Made by a program: the position numbers and the translations under genes | Shown: positions 1-9,482 of the stretch, piece after piece | Position numbering within the stretch: the first letter of the stretch is position 1 | Layout of the letters: every line of letters begins with the position of its first letter | NCBI GenBank assembly: GCA_963781885.1 | Contig: CAWAHW010000001.1 | Span: 64,001 to 128,000 of the forward strand | Source of the DNA: an uncultured Spirochaetota bacterium | GTDB lineage: Bacteria; Spirochaetota; Spirochaetia; SZUA-6; Fen-1364 | DNA: 64,000 nt | Reading direction: 5' to 3' | The notes under the pieces: model-generated | The model's input: only the letters and a program-made list of their open reading frames with translations | Databases searched by the model: none | Told to the model about the DNA's origin: nothing

Positions 1-800
1 TCGAAATAGCGGGTGGTTCCCTCCAAGGCGACCTCGTCGGGGATGACATTGCTCGTGTGCCCGCCCTCGATCCGGCAGATGGAGAGAACAACGGGCGCCA
101 GGGGATCCACGCCGCGCGACACGACCGCTTGCAGCGCGCTCACGACCTGGGCGGCGGCGAGCACGGGGTCGGATGCCTTGTCCGGCATGGCCGCGTGACC
201 GCCCTTTCCGCGGACGACAATGGTGAATGTGTCGGCCGCGGCCATGGCCGGACCGGGCGCCGCGCTGAGCGTTCCGAACGCCTGCCGGGGCCACCCGTGC
301 AGAGCAAAGGCGTGCGCCGGCCGCGGCGCGATCTCCAGGAGCCCCTTCTCCACGAGGGCCTTGCCGCCGCACGACTCCTCCTCCGCGGGCTGGAAGACGA
401 AGCGGACGCTGCCGGCAATATCGCGCCGCATCTCCTGGAGCGTCCGCAGCACCCCGTAGAGTATCGCCATGTGCCCGTCATGCCCGCAGGCATGCGACAT
501 GCCGGGCCGCTCGGACTTCCATTCAACCCCAGACTTGTCCGCGACAGGCAGCGCGTCGATGTCGGCGCGGAGCAGGACGCAGGGTCCCGGCTTCCCGCCC
601 TCCAGGAGTCCGACGGTGTCCGTCTCCAGGAGGGGCGGGAGCACGTCCACGCGCAGAGAGGAGAGTGCGCGGCGGATCGCGGCGCAGGTATCCATCTCCC
701 GGTCATGCGGCTCCGGGATGCGGTGCAGCGCGTGGCGGAGCGCGATGACGTCGGGGAGTATGTCGGTGACGCGGCGGCGGAGCGCCGTGGGATCTGTCAT
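1..800 (-). CDS. M20 family amidohydrolase (3' end beyond window edge)
   Basis: Manual translation from ATG at 800: MTDPTALRRRV...LHRIPE...LLRADIDALP...MSHACGHDGH...FQPAEE...GKGGHAAMP...NVIPD. Absent from the ORF track because there is no stop in the window. Confidence 0.92.
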   Translation of the reverse strand, partial: MTDPTALRRRVTDILPDVIALRHALHRIPEPHDREMDTCAAIRRALSSLRVDVLPPLLETDTVGLLEGGKPGPCVLLRADIDALPVADKSGVEWKSERPGMSHACGHDGHMAILYGVLRTLQEMRRDIAGSVRFVFQPAEEESCGGKALVEKGLLEIAPRPAHAFALHGWPRQAFGTLSAAPGPAMAAADTFTIVVRGKGGHAAMPDKASDPVLAAAQVVSALQAVVSRGVDPLAPVVLSICRIEGGHTSNVIPDEVALEGTTRYF

Positions 801-928
801 GCCCCGATAGTAGCAGATCGGGGCATCGTCTGCCGGGGAGAGAAAAGACGAGCCGGCCCATGCGCGGCGGAGAAGAAGACTGCCGCGGCGCGGGCCGGCT
901 CCAGGCGAAGAAGAAACGATGAGGCGAG

Positions 929-1690
929 CTACATTTTAGGCGGGAACTTCTCCGGATCGATCACGAACCACACCTTTCCGACGTTCTGACCCGTCGTGTC
1001 ACCGCGCTTCGCGTCCTTGACCCAGAGGTACAGCGGGTAGCCCTTGAATGTCGCCTGGGTGCCCGCGCCATCCGTCCGGGTGATGGTGCCGAAGTCCATC
1101 GCGTTCAGGCCCGACGGCACGACGAACGACGAAGGCGCAAAGGCCGGCCACGCCTTCAGGCAGCCGCCCGTGCAGGCGCTCATGCCCGCCTTGTCGACGG
1201 TATACCAGTAGAGGGTATTGCCATTTCCATCGACAAGATAGTTGCCGAGCTTGGCATCAGTGGCCACCATGACGGTGTAGGCCGGCACCTTCAGCACGTA
1301 CCAGACCTTGTGAACACCCTCGCCCGTCATGTCCCCCGCCACCTTGTCGTTGACCCAGTAGTACAGGGGCCAGCCGTGATAGGTGGTCTGCTTCGTTCCG
1401 TCCGTGCGCGTGATGGTGCCGAAATCGGAGGCCATCAACGGGCCGGAAACGCTCGTCGTGTCGGCACTAAAGATGGGCCACGCTTTTGCGCAGCCTCCAT
1501 AACACGCGCTCTGCCCGTTCGCATCCAGGGTATAATAGTAAAGAGTCATGCCCTTGCCGTCGGTGAGGTAGCTCACACCGCTCGGGCTGGTCTGCACCTG
1601 CACCGCGCTCATCGACTGTGCGCTCGCCAGGGTGGCGGAGGCAGCCAGCACGAACAGCGTCAGGAACAGCACCAGATGAATCCTCTTCAT
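929..1690 (-). CDS. Secreted COG4315 / Lipoprotein_15 repeat protein (Y-x4-D repeats)
   Basis: Signal peptide; two units of G-x-TLY..D....SAC.GGC.KAWP...FGTITRTDG..Q.T..G.PLY.W..D...GD..G..V..VW. AAGGAG RBS is better spaced for ATG 1690 than 1696. Confidence 0.88.
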   Translation of the reverse strand: MKRIHLVLFLTLFVLAASATLASAQSMSAVQVQTSPSGVSYLTDGKGMTLYYYTLDANGQSACYGGCAKAWPIFSADTTSVSGPLMASDFGTITRTDGTKQTTYHGWPLYYWVNDKVAGDMTGEGVHKVWYVLKVPAYTVMVATDAKLGNYLVDGNGNTLYWYTVDKAGMSACTGGCLKAWPAFAPSSFVVPSGLNAMDFGTITRTDGAGTQATFKGYPLYLWVKDAKRGDTTGQNVGKVWFVIDPEKFPPKM

Positions 1691-1770
1691 CAGCATCTCC
1701 TTTTCAGGGAATCTTTGAACTTCAATGTATTAAGTCGTCAGCTAATAGTCTATGATTTTGGTCAGGTATA

Positions 1771-2273
1771 TCACCGAACAGCACCCGATGCCCCGAAGGC
1801 ATCGGGTGCATCGAACAGTCTCCTGTCCAGGGACAATTTTCGCGCGGGGAGCGCAAGCATGGCAAAAGTCGGGATGCCCAGGCAGAAATCGCGGATGATC
1901 GTGAGCGGTCCGACGGTGGTCTGGAGAAGCGAGCCGAAGCATCCACAATCCAGAGCGATGCCGCGCGCCCACGCGGAAGCCTGGGCGATCAGAAATGCGG
2001 CGAACAGGAGCGTGCCCACGAGCGCAGCCCCACGGACGAGCAGCCCGGCGGCCAGGTAGAGGCCGATGCCGATCTCGAGAAAGGGAAGGACGAATGCGAA
2101 TGGTCCCGCCAGCGCGTCCGGCAGGATGCCATAGCGCTGGACGAGGATCTGGAAGCTTCCGATCTGGGGATCTTCGCCGCGCCGGAGACTATCCAGACCG
2201 CGGCAGCCGCCAGACGCAGGGAAAAGCCCAGCCACGGCAGCCAGAGTGGTTCAGGACCTGCCGCTCGCTGCAT
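1771..2273 (-). CDS. MauE/DoxX family membrane protein (frameshift near 2170)
   Basis: N-term LRLAAAAVWIVSGAAKI in one frame continues in another as LPFLEIGIGLYL...RGIALDCGCFG...IIRD, the MauE CGCFG motif. Confidence 0.85.
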
Positions 2274-3078
2274 TCTGCAACCGTTCGATCAAGAGGAGGT
2301 CGGGCTGCTCGCGGTCATTTCGCCAGGAGACGGCGCCTTTGGCATCGATGATGTAGAAGGTCGGGTACAGCGCGACTCCATACGCGCGTGTCACGGCTCC
2401 CGCCGCCCCTGCCTTCAGGAAGCTTCCCGCGGGGACCGCGGGGTCCAGGAGCAGCGGCCATTCGACGCCGAAGAATCGGCGAAATGCGTAGAGGCTCGCC
2501 GGATCTTCACCATCGGCATTCACGGAAAGGAACGCGAAGCTGTCCTTCGGCAGCGTTGCATACAGCCTGTGCAGGTGCTGCGCCTCAGCCTGGCAGTGCG
2601 GGCACCAGGTGGCAAAAAACTCCAGGAGCACTGTTTTTCCCCTGTATGCGGAAAGTCTCACCGAGTCACCCAGGGGGGTCTGCAGGGAAAAGTCGGGCGC
2701 CGGTGCGCCCACGGCGAGCATGCTCTTGCTCGGCGGAAGAAGGGTCGTCTCCGCCGGAAGATTTTCGACGACTCCGACGCTCGTGTCGGTGGTGAGGTGG
2801 AAACCCAGCGCATCAGCACCGGCTGCAAGGGCCGCTTCCGCCGGGCTCAAACCCGCGGTCGACGCGGCCGCGGCAACTGCCGTTGTGGCAGCTGGCGCGG
2901 GTGGCGGCACGATATTGGCCGCAGCCCTGGCCTGCACGCCCCAGATGATGAATGCCGCGGCGACTCCCGCCACCACGACGCCCAGCGTGGCAAAGACCGC
3001 GATGCGCTGGGTGCCTCTCCCCTTCCTGCCTCCGCCGCTGCGCGCGACAGCTTTCTCTCTCATTTTGGCGCTTCCCAT
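2251..3078 (-). CDS. Membrane-anchored TlpA/redoxin family thiol-disulfide oxidoreductase
   Basis: N-terminal TM helix; APDFSL...FFATWCPHC...YGVALYPTFYIIDAKG. Confidence 0.88.
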   Translation of the reverse strand: MGSAKMREKAVARSGGGRKGRGTQRIAVFATLGVVVAGVAAAFIIWGVQARAAANIVPPPAPAATTAVAAAASTAGLSPAEAALAAGADALGFHLTTDTSVGVVENLPAETTLLPPSKSMLAVGAPAPDFSLQTPLGDSVRLSAYRGKTVLLEFFATWCPHCQAEAQHLHRLYATLPKDSFAFLSVNADGEDPASLYAFRRFFGVEWPLLLDPAVPAGSFLKAGAAGAVTRAYGVALYPTFYIIDAKGAVSWRNDREQPDLLLIERLQNAASGRS

Positions 3079-3135
3079 TTTCCCTCAGGGAAGAAAGTAC
3101 TGTTTCAGGGAAGAGCCGTCACCACGGCGGAGAAA

Positions 3136-4383
3136 TTAGGTGCGAAGGTTCCCATCCCCGCGGAGCACCCACTTGTAGGTCGTGAGCTCCTTCAGACCCA
3201 TGGGCCCGCGGGCGTGGAGCTTGTCGGTGCTGATGCCCACCTCGGCGCCGAGACCGAACACGCCGCCGTCGCTCATGCGCGTGGAGGCGTTGACCGTGAC
3301 GACCGCCGAATCCACCAGGCTCACGAAGCGCTCGATGTTGCGGGAGCTGCTGGAGCAGATGCCGTCGGTGTGCCGCGAGCCGTAGGTCTCGATGTGCGCG
3401 GCAGCCTCGTCCAGGCCGTCGACCACCTTCACGGTCATGATGAGGTCCAGATACTCCGCGTACCAGTCCTCCTCCGTTGCCGGCTTCGTTCCCGGGAGGA
3501 TGGCGATGGCGCGCGGGTCGCCGCGCAGCTCGACGCCGGGCATCTTCGCTTTCACCATCGGCAGGAGGCGCCCGGCAACGGAGGAATGCACGAGCAGCTT
3601 CTCCAGCGCGTTGCACGTGCCGGGCCGCTGGACCTTGGAGTTCACGACCACGTCGGCCGCCATGGAGAGGTCGGCCGTCTCATCCACGTACATGTGGCAG
3701 ACGCCCTTGTAGTGCTTGATGACGGGCACCGTCGCCTTGTCGACCACCCTCTGGATCAGCTTCTCACCGCCGCGGGGCACGACGAGGTCCACAAGCCCGG
3801 TCTGCGTGACCAGAAGGTCGATGGCCTCATAGTCGGGTCGGTCCACGTATTGCACTGCCTTGCCGTCCATGCCCGCCCGCGCAAGACCCTCCTGGATGCA
3901 CCGCACCAGCTCCCGGCTGGATTCCATCGCCTCGCTGCCGCCCCGGAGGATCGCCGCGTTGCCCGCCTTCACGCAGAGCGCCGCCGCATCCACCGTCACG
4001 TTCGGCCGCGATTCGTAGATCATCACGATGACGCCGATGGGCGTGCGCACCTTTTCCAGCAGGAAGCCCTCCGGCCGGCGCGTCCCGATCACCTCGCCGA
4101 CGGGGTCGTCGAACGCGGCGATGTCCTTGAGCGATGCGATCATGCCGTCGATGCGCGCGTCCGTGAGGGTGAGACGGTCCACCATTGCCGATGAGAGGCC
4201 CGCCTTCCGCCCGCCCTCCACGTCGCGGCCGTTTGCCGCCTTGATCTCGGCGCGCCGGGCGTCGATGGAGGCCGCCATGGCGGCAAGCGCCGCATTCTTG
4301 GCGTTCGCGTTCAGCGTGCGCAAGCCCACCGACGCCTTGTGCGCCGCGCAGGCCATGCCGACGATGTACTCTTTCAGGTCCAT
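3136..4383 (-). CDS. proA: Gamma-glutamyl phosphate reductase
   Basis: IYESRPNVT, LRGGSEA, PRGGEKLI, CNALE, NASTR, GAEVGISTDKLHARGPMGL. Confidence 0.97.
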   Translation of the reverse strand: MDLKEYIVGMACAAHKASVGLRTLNANAKNAALAAMAASIDARRAEIKAANGRDVEGGRKAGLSSAMVDRLTLTDARIDGMIASLKDIAAFDDPVGEVIGTRRPEGFLLEKVRTPIGVIVMIYESRPNVTVDAAALCVKAGNAAILRGGSEAMESSRELVRCIQEGLARAGMDGKAVQYVDRPDYEAIDLLVTQTGLVDLVVPRGGEKLIQRVVDKATVPVIKHYKGVCHMYVDETADLSMAADVVVNSKVQRPGTCNALEKLLVHSSVAGRLLPMVKAKMPGVELRGDPRAIAILPGTKPATEEDWYAEYLDLIMTVKVVDGLDEAAAHIETYGSRHTDGICSSSSRNIERFVSLVDSAVVTVNASTRMSDGGVFGLGAEVGISTDKLHARGPMGLKELTTYKWVLRGDGNLRT

Positions 4384-4403
4384 GAGGCCCTCACTCTCTC
4401 TGG

Positions 4404-4470
4404 TCGCGGACACGTTGCCGTGTCATTCGCGGACACGTACCGTGTCATTCGCGGACACGTACCGTGTCAT
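4404..4470. repeat. Three tandem 22-23 bp units (TCGCGGACACGTACCGTGTCAT) with internal inverted repeat, between proB and proA
   Basis: Units at 4404-4426 (variant), 4427-4448 and 4449-4470; each has GACACG...CGTGTC arms. Confidence 0.95.
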
Positions 4471-5630
4471 TCTCTTCTATCCACCACCACGAGGTTGTCG
4501 CGGTGCACCACCTCGTCAAAATATGCCTCCGCGCCGAGCACCTGGGGAATCTGTTTCGTGTTCATGCCCTTGATGAGGGCAAGCTCACCGCTTGAGAAAT
4601 TACTGAGCCCGCGCGCCACCTCCTGCCCGTCCTCGTCGAGGATGGAGATGACGCTTCCAATGGAGAAATCCCCGCGGATGTCCTTCACGCCGGCGGGCAG
4701 CAAGGACCTGCCCTGGCGCAGGATGGCCCGCTCCGCCCCCCTGTCCACGACGATGGAGCCCTCCGTGCGCGGATTGAATGCAAGCCACTTCTTGCGGCCC
4801 TTCATCCTGCGCTCCGTCGGCACGAACCATGTCCCGATCTCCCGGCCGGCGAGCACCCCTCCCAGGTCGAGGCCTTCCCCGCGGGCAATCACCACGCCGA
4901 CGCCGCTTCGCGTCGCGATGTCCGCCGCCCTGATCTTCGCCTCCATGCCGCCGGAGGAAAACGACGACCCCTTGCCCTCCGCCCCCGCGAGCACCGCCTC
5001 CGTCACCTTTGTCACGGTGCGGAGGACGCGCGCGTCCGGGTTCCCTTTCGGGTTCCTGTCATAGACGCCGTCGGTGTCGGTGAGGATCACCAGCAGGTCC
5101 GCGTCGAGCATGATGGCGAGATGCGCGGAGATGACGTCATTGTCGCCGAACCTGATCTCGGCAAAAGAGACGGTGTCGTTCTCATTGACGATGGGCACGA
5201 CGCCGAAGCTCCAGAGCGTGAAAATGGTGTTTCGGATGTTAAGGTACCGGGCGCGGCTGCGCACGTCCTCCGACGTGAGGAGGATCTGCGCCGTCTCCCT
5301 GCTCACGGCGGCGAACTCGTGCTCGTAGGCGTGCATGAGCCGGCTCTGACCCATGGCAGCTGCCGCCTGGAGCAGGTTCAACTCGCGGGGCCGCGCCATG
5401 AGCCCCATGCGGCTGAGACCCAGCGCGATGGCGCCGGAGCTCACGATGATGAAGGACCGGCCGTTTGCATCGGCAGGAGAGCCCGGCGGCGCCATGAGGG
5501 AGCCCACCTGGCGCACGAGCGAGCCCATGACGCTTTCGGAAAAAGCATTGTCGCCCCCCGTGGCCACACTCGTGCCGACCTTGATGACGATGCGGCGGGA
5601 GTGACTGATGGAATCGCGTGCTGCGGTCAT
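4467..5630 (-). CDS. proB: Glutamate 5-kinase with PUA domain
   Basis: IVIKVGTS, VSSGAIALG, QAAAAMGQ, PIVNENDTV, FGDND, GGMEAK, SLLPAGV, VVHRDNLV. Confidence 0.97.
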   Translation of the reverse strand: MTAARDSISHSRRIVIKVGTSVATGGDNAFSESVMGSLVRQVGSLMAPPGSPADANGRSFIIVSSGAIALGLSRMGLMARPRELNLLQAAAAMGQSRLMHAYEHEFAAVSRETAQILLTSEDVRSRARYLNIRNTIFTLWSFGVVPIVNENDTVSFAEIRFGDNDVISAHLAIMLDADLLVILTDTDGVYDRNPKGNPDARVLRTVTKVTEAVLAGAEGKGSSFSSGGMEAKIRAADIATRSGVGVVIARGEGLDLGGVLAGREIGTWFVPTERRMKGRKKWLAFNPRTEGSIVVDRGAERAILRQGRSLLPAGVKDIRGDFSIGSVISILDEDGQEVARGLSNFSSGELALIKGMNTKQIPQVLGAEAYFDEVVHRDNLVVVDRRE

Positions 5631-5722
5631 GGTTGTAGAGGAGCGAGTATAACACAAAGCCCTGCGCGGGGGGAGGCGCCGGGCCGTAGGCGGGGTACGG
5701 CAACGCCGCTATACTCCCCCCG

Positions 5723-6409
5723 ATGTCCCCGGCAGCCCGTGACGGTCTCGGCCTCATCGCCTCGTACGCGTTTGTGTTCGGATTCATCGGCGCCGCGACG
5801 CTTCTGGTGAGGCAGAAGGTGCTGCAGCCCGCCGCCAGCCGCAAGGTGATCCATATCGGCGTGGCGCACTGGTGGCTCATCGCGATGGCCCTGATGGACG
5901 ATCCCTGGGTGACATCGGTGGGACCGCTCAGCTTCATCTGCATCAACGCGCTTGACATCCGCCATCGTTTCCTCCCCGCCATGGACGAGGGCGCGGACGC
6001 GCGCAACTGGGGGACCGTCTACTTTCCCGTTTCCCTCCTCATCCTCGTGAACCTCTGCTGGCGCGGCGTGATGCCGACCTGGATCGGGGGCATGGCCGTG
6101 CTGGTCCTCGGGTGGGGCGACGGGCTTGCCGCGCTGATCGGCGAAGGAAGCCGCGGGCCGGCTTTCCGTGTCTGGCACGGAAGGAAAAGCCTCGCGGGGA
6201 CGGCGGCGATGTGTGCGGCGTCATTCATCGTGGCGCTGGTCTTCATCCTTGCTTTTTCTTCCCGCGGCGGCTCCGTGCCTTCCACCGCGGGCATCGCGGC
6301 CCTGATCGCGTGCGCCGCCACGGCCGTGGAGCTCGTGACGCCCCTGGGCATCGACAATATCACGGTTCCGCTTGCGGTCGCCGGCATGGCGTGGGCGCTT
6401 TTTTCATGA
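5723..6409 (+). CDS. SEC59/DGK1/VTE5-type CTP-dependent polyprenol/phytol kinase
   Basis: Multi-TM; SRKVIHIG, GTVYFP, LGWGDGLAALIG, KSLAGT, ELVTPLGIDNITVP. Confidence 0.85.
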   Translation: MSPAARDGLGLIASYAFVFGFIGAATLLVRQKVLQPAASRKVIHIGVAHWWLIAMALMDDPWVTSVGPLSFICINALDIRHRFLPAMDEGADARNWGTVYFPVSLLILVNLCWRGVMPTWIGGMAVLVLGWGDGLAALIGEGSRGPAFRVWHGRKSLAGTAAMCAASFIVALVFILAFSSRGGSVPSTAGIAALIACAATAVELVTPLGIDNITVPLAVAGMAWALFS

Positions 6410-7251
6410 GCTTTCCGCTTCTCCTCGCCATCGGTCTTGCCGTGAATGCCGCGGCGGCGCTCCTGACCCTCTGGCGCGGCTCCGTCGATGCAGAGGGCGC
6501 GGCAGCGGGAATCGTGGTGGGCGCCCTGATCTTCGCCTGCGGCGGGCCGCTTTTCTGGCTCCTGCTCATGGCATTCTTCGTTTCCTCCACGGCGCTCGGG
6601 TACATCCGCAAAAATGAAAGGGAGTGGCTGAAAGCCATCCACGAGAAGGGAAGCCGGCGTGATGCATTCCAGGTGCTCGCCAACGGCGGCATGGGCATGC
6701 TCACCGCCGTCCTCTACAAGCTCACCGCGAACCCCGCCTGGGCCGCCGCGTTTGCCGTTTCCTTCGCGTCATCCACGGCAGACACCTGGGCGAGCGAGCT
6801 TGGCGTGCTTTCCCGCGCGTCACCCGTGTCCCTGCTCACGTTCCGCCCCGTGCCGCGCGGCGTGTCCGGCGGCGTGAGCTTTCCCGGCACCCTCATCGCG
6901 CTTGCCGGGGCATTCTTCATCGCCGTGCTCTTTGCCGGCGTGGACGCCGTGCGGCACGCGCTGCCCGCGGGATTCCTGAAAGTACTCGCGGTGGTGACGG
7001 CGGCCGGCTTTGTCGGCTCGATCGTGGACAGCCTCCTCGGTGCCACGGTGCAGGCGCAATACGCCGCGGCGCCTGGTGAAGGCCCCTCCCCCGCTCCTGC
7101 GCCCGCGGTGACCGAGCGCAGGCTCTCGCCCCAGGGGCTGCCGAACCGCCTGGTGCGCGGGCTTTCATTCGTCAACAACGACGTCGTCAACTTTGCAAGC
7201 TGCGCGGCGGTGACAATCGCGACGTTTCTCCTGGCGCCGCGCCTGTTCTGA
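6406..7251 (+). CDS. DUF92 (COG1836, VTE6-like) membrane protein
   Basis: ATGA overlap with upstream kinase; RDAFQVLANGG, ADTWASELG, GVSGGVS, GSIVDSLLGATVQ, NNDVVN. Confidence 0.92.
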   Translation: MSFPLLLAIGLAVNAAAALLTLWRGSVDAEGAAAGIVVGALIFACGGPLFWLLLMAFFVSSTALGYIRKNEREWLKAIHEKGSRRDAFQVLANGGMGMLTAVLYKLTANPAWAAAFAVSFASSTADTWASELGVLSRASPVSLLTFRPVPRGVSGGVSFPGTLIALAGAFFIAVLFAGVDAVRHALPAGFLKVLAVVTAAGFVGSIVDSLLGATVQAQYAAAPGEGPSPAPAPAVTERRLSPQGLPNRLVRGLSFVNNDVVNFASCAAVTIATFLLAPRLF

Positions 7252-7302
7252 GCCAGACCGCCGTGCGTTGACTTCGCGTCGGCCCGGCTTCACACTCTGA
7301 AT

Positions 7303-8985
7303 ATGAGAAAAATCCGCGCGGCAGCTCCCGCTGTCACCGAAGCTCCGCAGCCCGCGGCCACGGCGCGGCAGTGGCTGGCGCTCCTTGTCCTCGGGCTGGG
7401 CCTGGCCATCGTCATCATCGACGGCACCATCGTCAACGTCATCCTGCCGTCCATCAGCTCCGAGTTTACCGCGAATCTCGCCGACCTGCAGTGGGTGAAC
7501 GCGGTCTACGCGCTGGTATACGCGGCCCTCATCGTGACATTCGGCAGGATCGGGGACCAGTTCGGCCGCCGGCGCATGTTCGCGATCGGCGTCGTGGTGT
7601 TCGTCGCCGGCTCGGTCCTGTCGGGCGCGGCCTCGTCCATCGGCATGCTGATCGGCGCCCGGGCGCTGCAGGGCCTCGGCGCGGCAATGACATCGCCCTC
7701 CACGCTTTCCATCATCTCGGGCACGTTCACCGGCCGCATGCGCGGTGTCGCGTTCGGGGTCTGGGGGGCGATCGCGGGCGCATCGGCTGCGCTGGGTCCG
7801 CTGCTGGGAGGGTGGCTGGCCACCTCGGCGACATGGCGGTGGGCATTCTTCATCAATGTGCCCATCGGTATCGTGGCATTCGTCGGGGCGTTCCTCGTCG
7901 TGGATGAATCGCACGTGGAAGGCCGGGGCGCCCGGGTCGACGTACCGGGCATTCTGCTGGTGACTCTTGGCGTCGGAGCGCTTGTGCTCGGTCTGATCGA
8001 AGGCCAGAGCTACGGGTGGATCGCGCCCAAGAATGGATTTGCACTTGGCTCCTGGGCGTGGCCGTTTGCCGGCGTCTCATTCTCCGCGACAAGCTTTGTG
8101 ATAGCCGTGATCGGCATCGCCGGATTCGTGCTCTGGGAGCTCTCGATGAAAAGGCGGGGAAGGGAGCCTCTCTTCGATTTCACCCTGCTGGGCTACCGCA
8201 GCTTCCGATTCGGGCTGCTCACCGTGTCCATCGTTGCCCTTGGCGAGTTCGGGGTCATCTTCGCCCTGTCCCTCTACCTCCAGGGCGTGCTGGGCTATAC
8301 CGCGCTTGCCACCGGTCTGACATTCCTGCCCTTTGCCGCCCTCACGCTGGTTGTCGCTCCCTCCGCGGGCCTGCTGGCGGCGCGTTTCGGCCCCAAATGG
8401 GTCGTGACGGCCGGCATGCTCTTCGAAGCGGTGTTCATATTCGCCTTGAGCCGCCTGCTGCGCATAGACACATCGCAGACGGCGATCATCCTCGTGCTCC
8501 TCGGCTACGGCGTCGGCGTCGGTCTTGCCATCGCGCAGCTCACGAACATCGTACTGAGCGAGATCCCCCAGAACAGGCTCGGGGCCGGGTCCGGGGCAAA
8601 CAACACGCTCCGGCAGGTGGGAGCGGCGCTGGGGACGGCGGTGATCGGCGCCGTGCTCAGCACGACGCTCTCCCTGTCCGCGCAGACACGGCTCAGCAAG
8701 GTCACGGACATCCCCCCGTTCGTGAAGAGCGCCATCGTTTCGTCACTCGACCGGGGAGCGAGCTTCTCCGAAGGGTCGATCGGCGTGAAAGGCGCGCCGG
8801 CAGGGGCCGCGAACACGGCCGCCGCGCAGGAAGTGGGGCGCGTGATCAAGGAATCCTTCGTGGACGCCACGCGCGCGGCGGCCGCGGCGGCGAGCATCTT
8901 CGTGCTGCTCGGCGCGATCAGCTCGCTCCTCATCCCGACCACCGTTCGCCGGCAGGAGCCAGGCTCCGGAAAAAAGGCGGTGTAG
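7303..8985 (+). CDS. DHA2 (EmrB/QacA) MFS efflux transporter
   Basis: IDGTIVNV.LPSI, GRIGDQFGRRR, RALQGLG, WRWAFFINVPIG, EPLFD; about 14 TM. Confidence 0.93.
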   Translation: MRKIRAAAPAVTEAPQPAATARQWLALLVLGLGLAIVIIDGTIVNVILPSISSEFTANLADLQWVNAVYALVYAALIVTFGRIGDQFGRRRMFAIGVVVFVAGSVLSGAASSIGMLIGARALQGLGAAMTSPSTLSIISGTFTGRMRGVAFGVWGAIAGASAALGPLLGGWLATSATWRWAFFINVPIGIVAFVGAFLVVDESHVEGRGARVDVPGILLVTLGVGALVLGLIEGQSYGWIAPKNGFALGSWAWPFAGVSFSATSFVIAVIGIAGFVLWELSMKRRGREPLFDFTLLGYRSFRFGLLTVSIVALGEFGVIFALSLYLQGVLGYTALATGLTFLPFAALTLVVAPSAGLLAARFGPKWVVTAGMLFEAVFIFALSRLLRIDTSQTAIILVLLGYGVGVGLAIAQLTNIVLSEIPQNRLGAGSGANNTLRQVGAALGTAVIGAVLSTTLSLSAQTRLSKVTDIPPFVKSAIVSSLDRGASFSEGSIGVKGAPAGAANTAAAQEVGRVIKESFVDATRAAAAAASIFVLLGAISSLLIPTTVRRQEPGSGKKAV

Positions 8986-8986
8986 A

Positions 8987-9421
8987 ATGTACAGGAAGAT
9001 AATCGTCCCCCTCGACGGCTCCACGAGCGCGGAATGCGTCCTGGACCACGTGAATGAGATCGCCGGCAAGGGTACGGAGATCGTCCTCGTCCGCGTCATC
9101 GCCAAGCCCCACTATGAATACCTGCTCCGCGATGCGCAGCTCTCGGCGTGCCTCGACGACGATGAGACGACCGAGGCCGGCCAATACCTGAAACGGGTCG
9201 CCGCGCGCGTGAAAAAGCCCGGCGTCGCCGTCTCCCGGTGCGTCATCCCCGACAAGGGACCGATTGCCCGCGTTCTGGGGGACTTTGCGCTGCAGGCCAA
9301 AGCGGACCTGATCGCGATATCCGCCCATGGCCGGCCCGGCCTCGTCGGTCGGCTCATGGGCAGCGTCGCCGACCGACTTTCGCACGAGACAAAGATCACG
9401 GTCCTGCTGGTGCATCCCTAG
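8987..9421 (+). CDS. Universal stress protein
   Basis: MYRKIIVPLDGS...ADLIAISAHGR.G...LMGSVADR. Confidence 0.92.
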   Translation: MYRKIIVPLDGSTSAECVLDHVNEIAGKGTEIVLVRVIAKPHYEYLLRDAQLSACLDDDETTEAGQYLKRVAARVKKPGVAVSRCVIPDKGPIARVLGDFALQAKADLIAISAHGRPGLVGRLMGSVADRLSHETKITVLLVHP

Positions 9422-9482
9422 CGTCGTACCCGGCGCGAGAGCGTCCGCACGATTGGCCTCCTTTTTGCTACACAATTGGGGC

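Noticed and set aside
4404-4470. Possible mini-CRISPR array
   Set aside because: The units are directly adjacent with no spacers, and there are no cas genes in the window.
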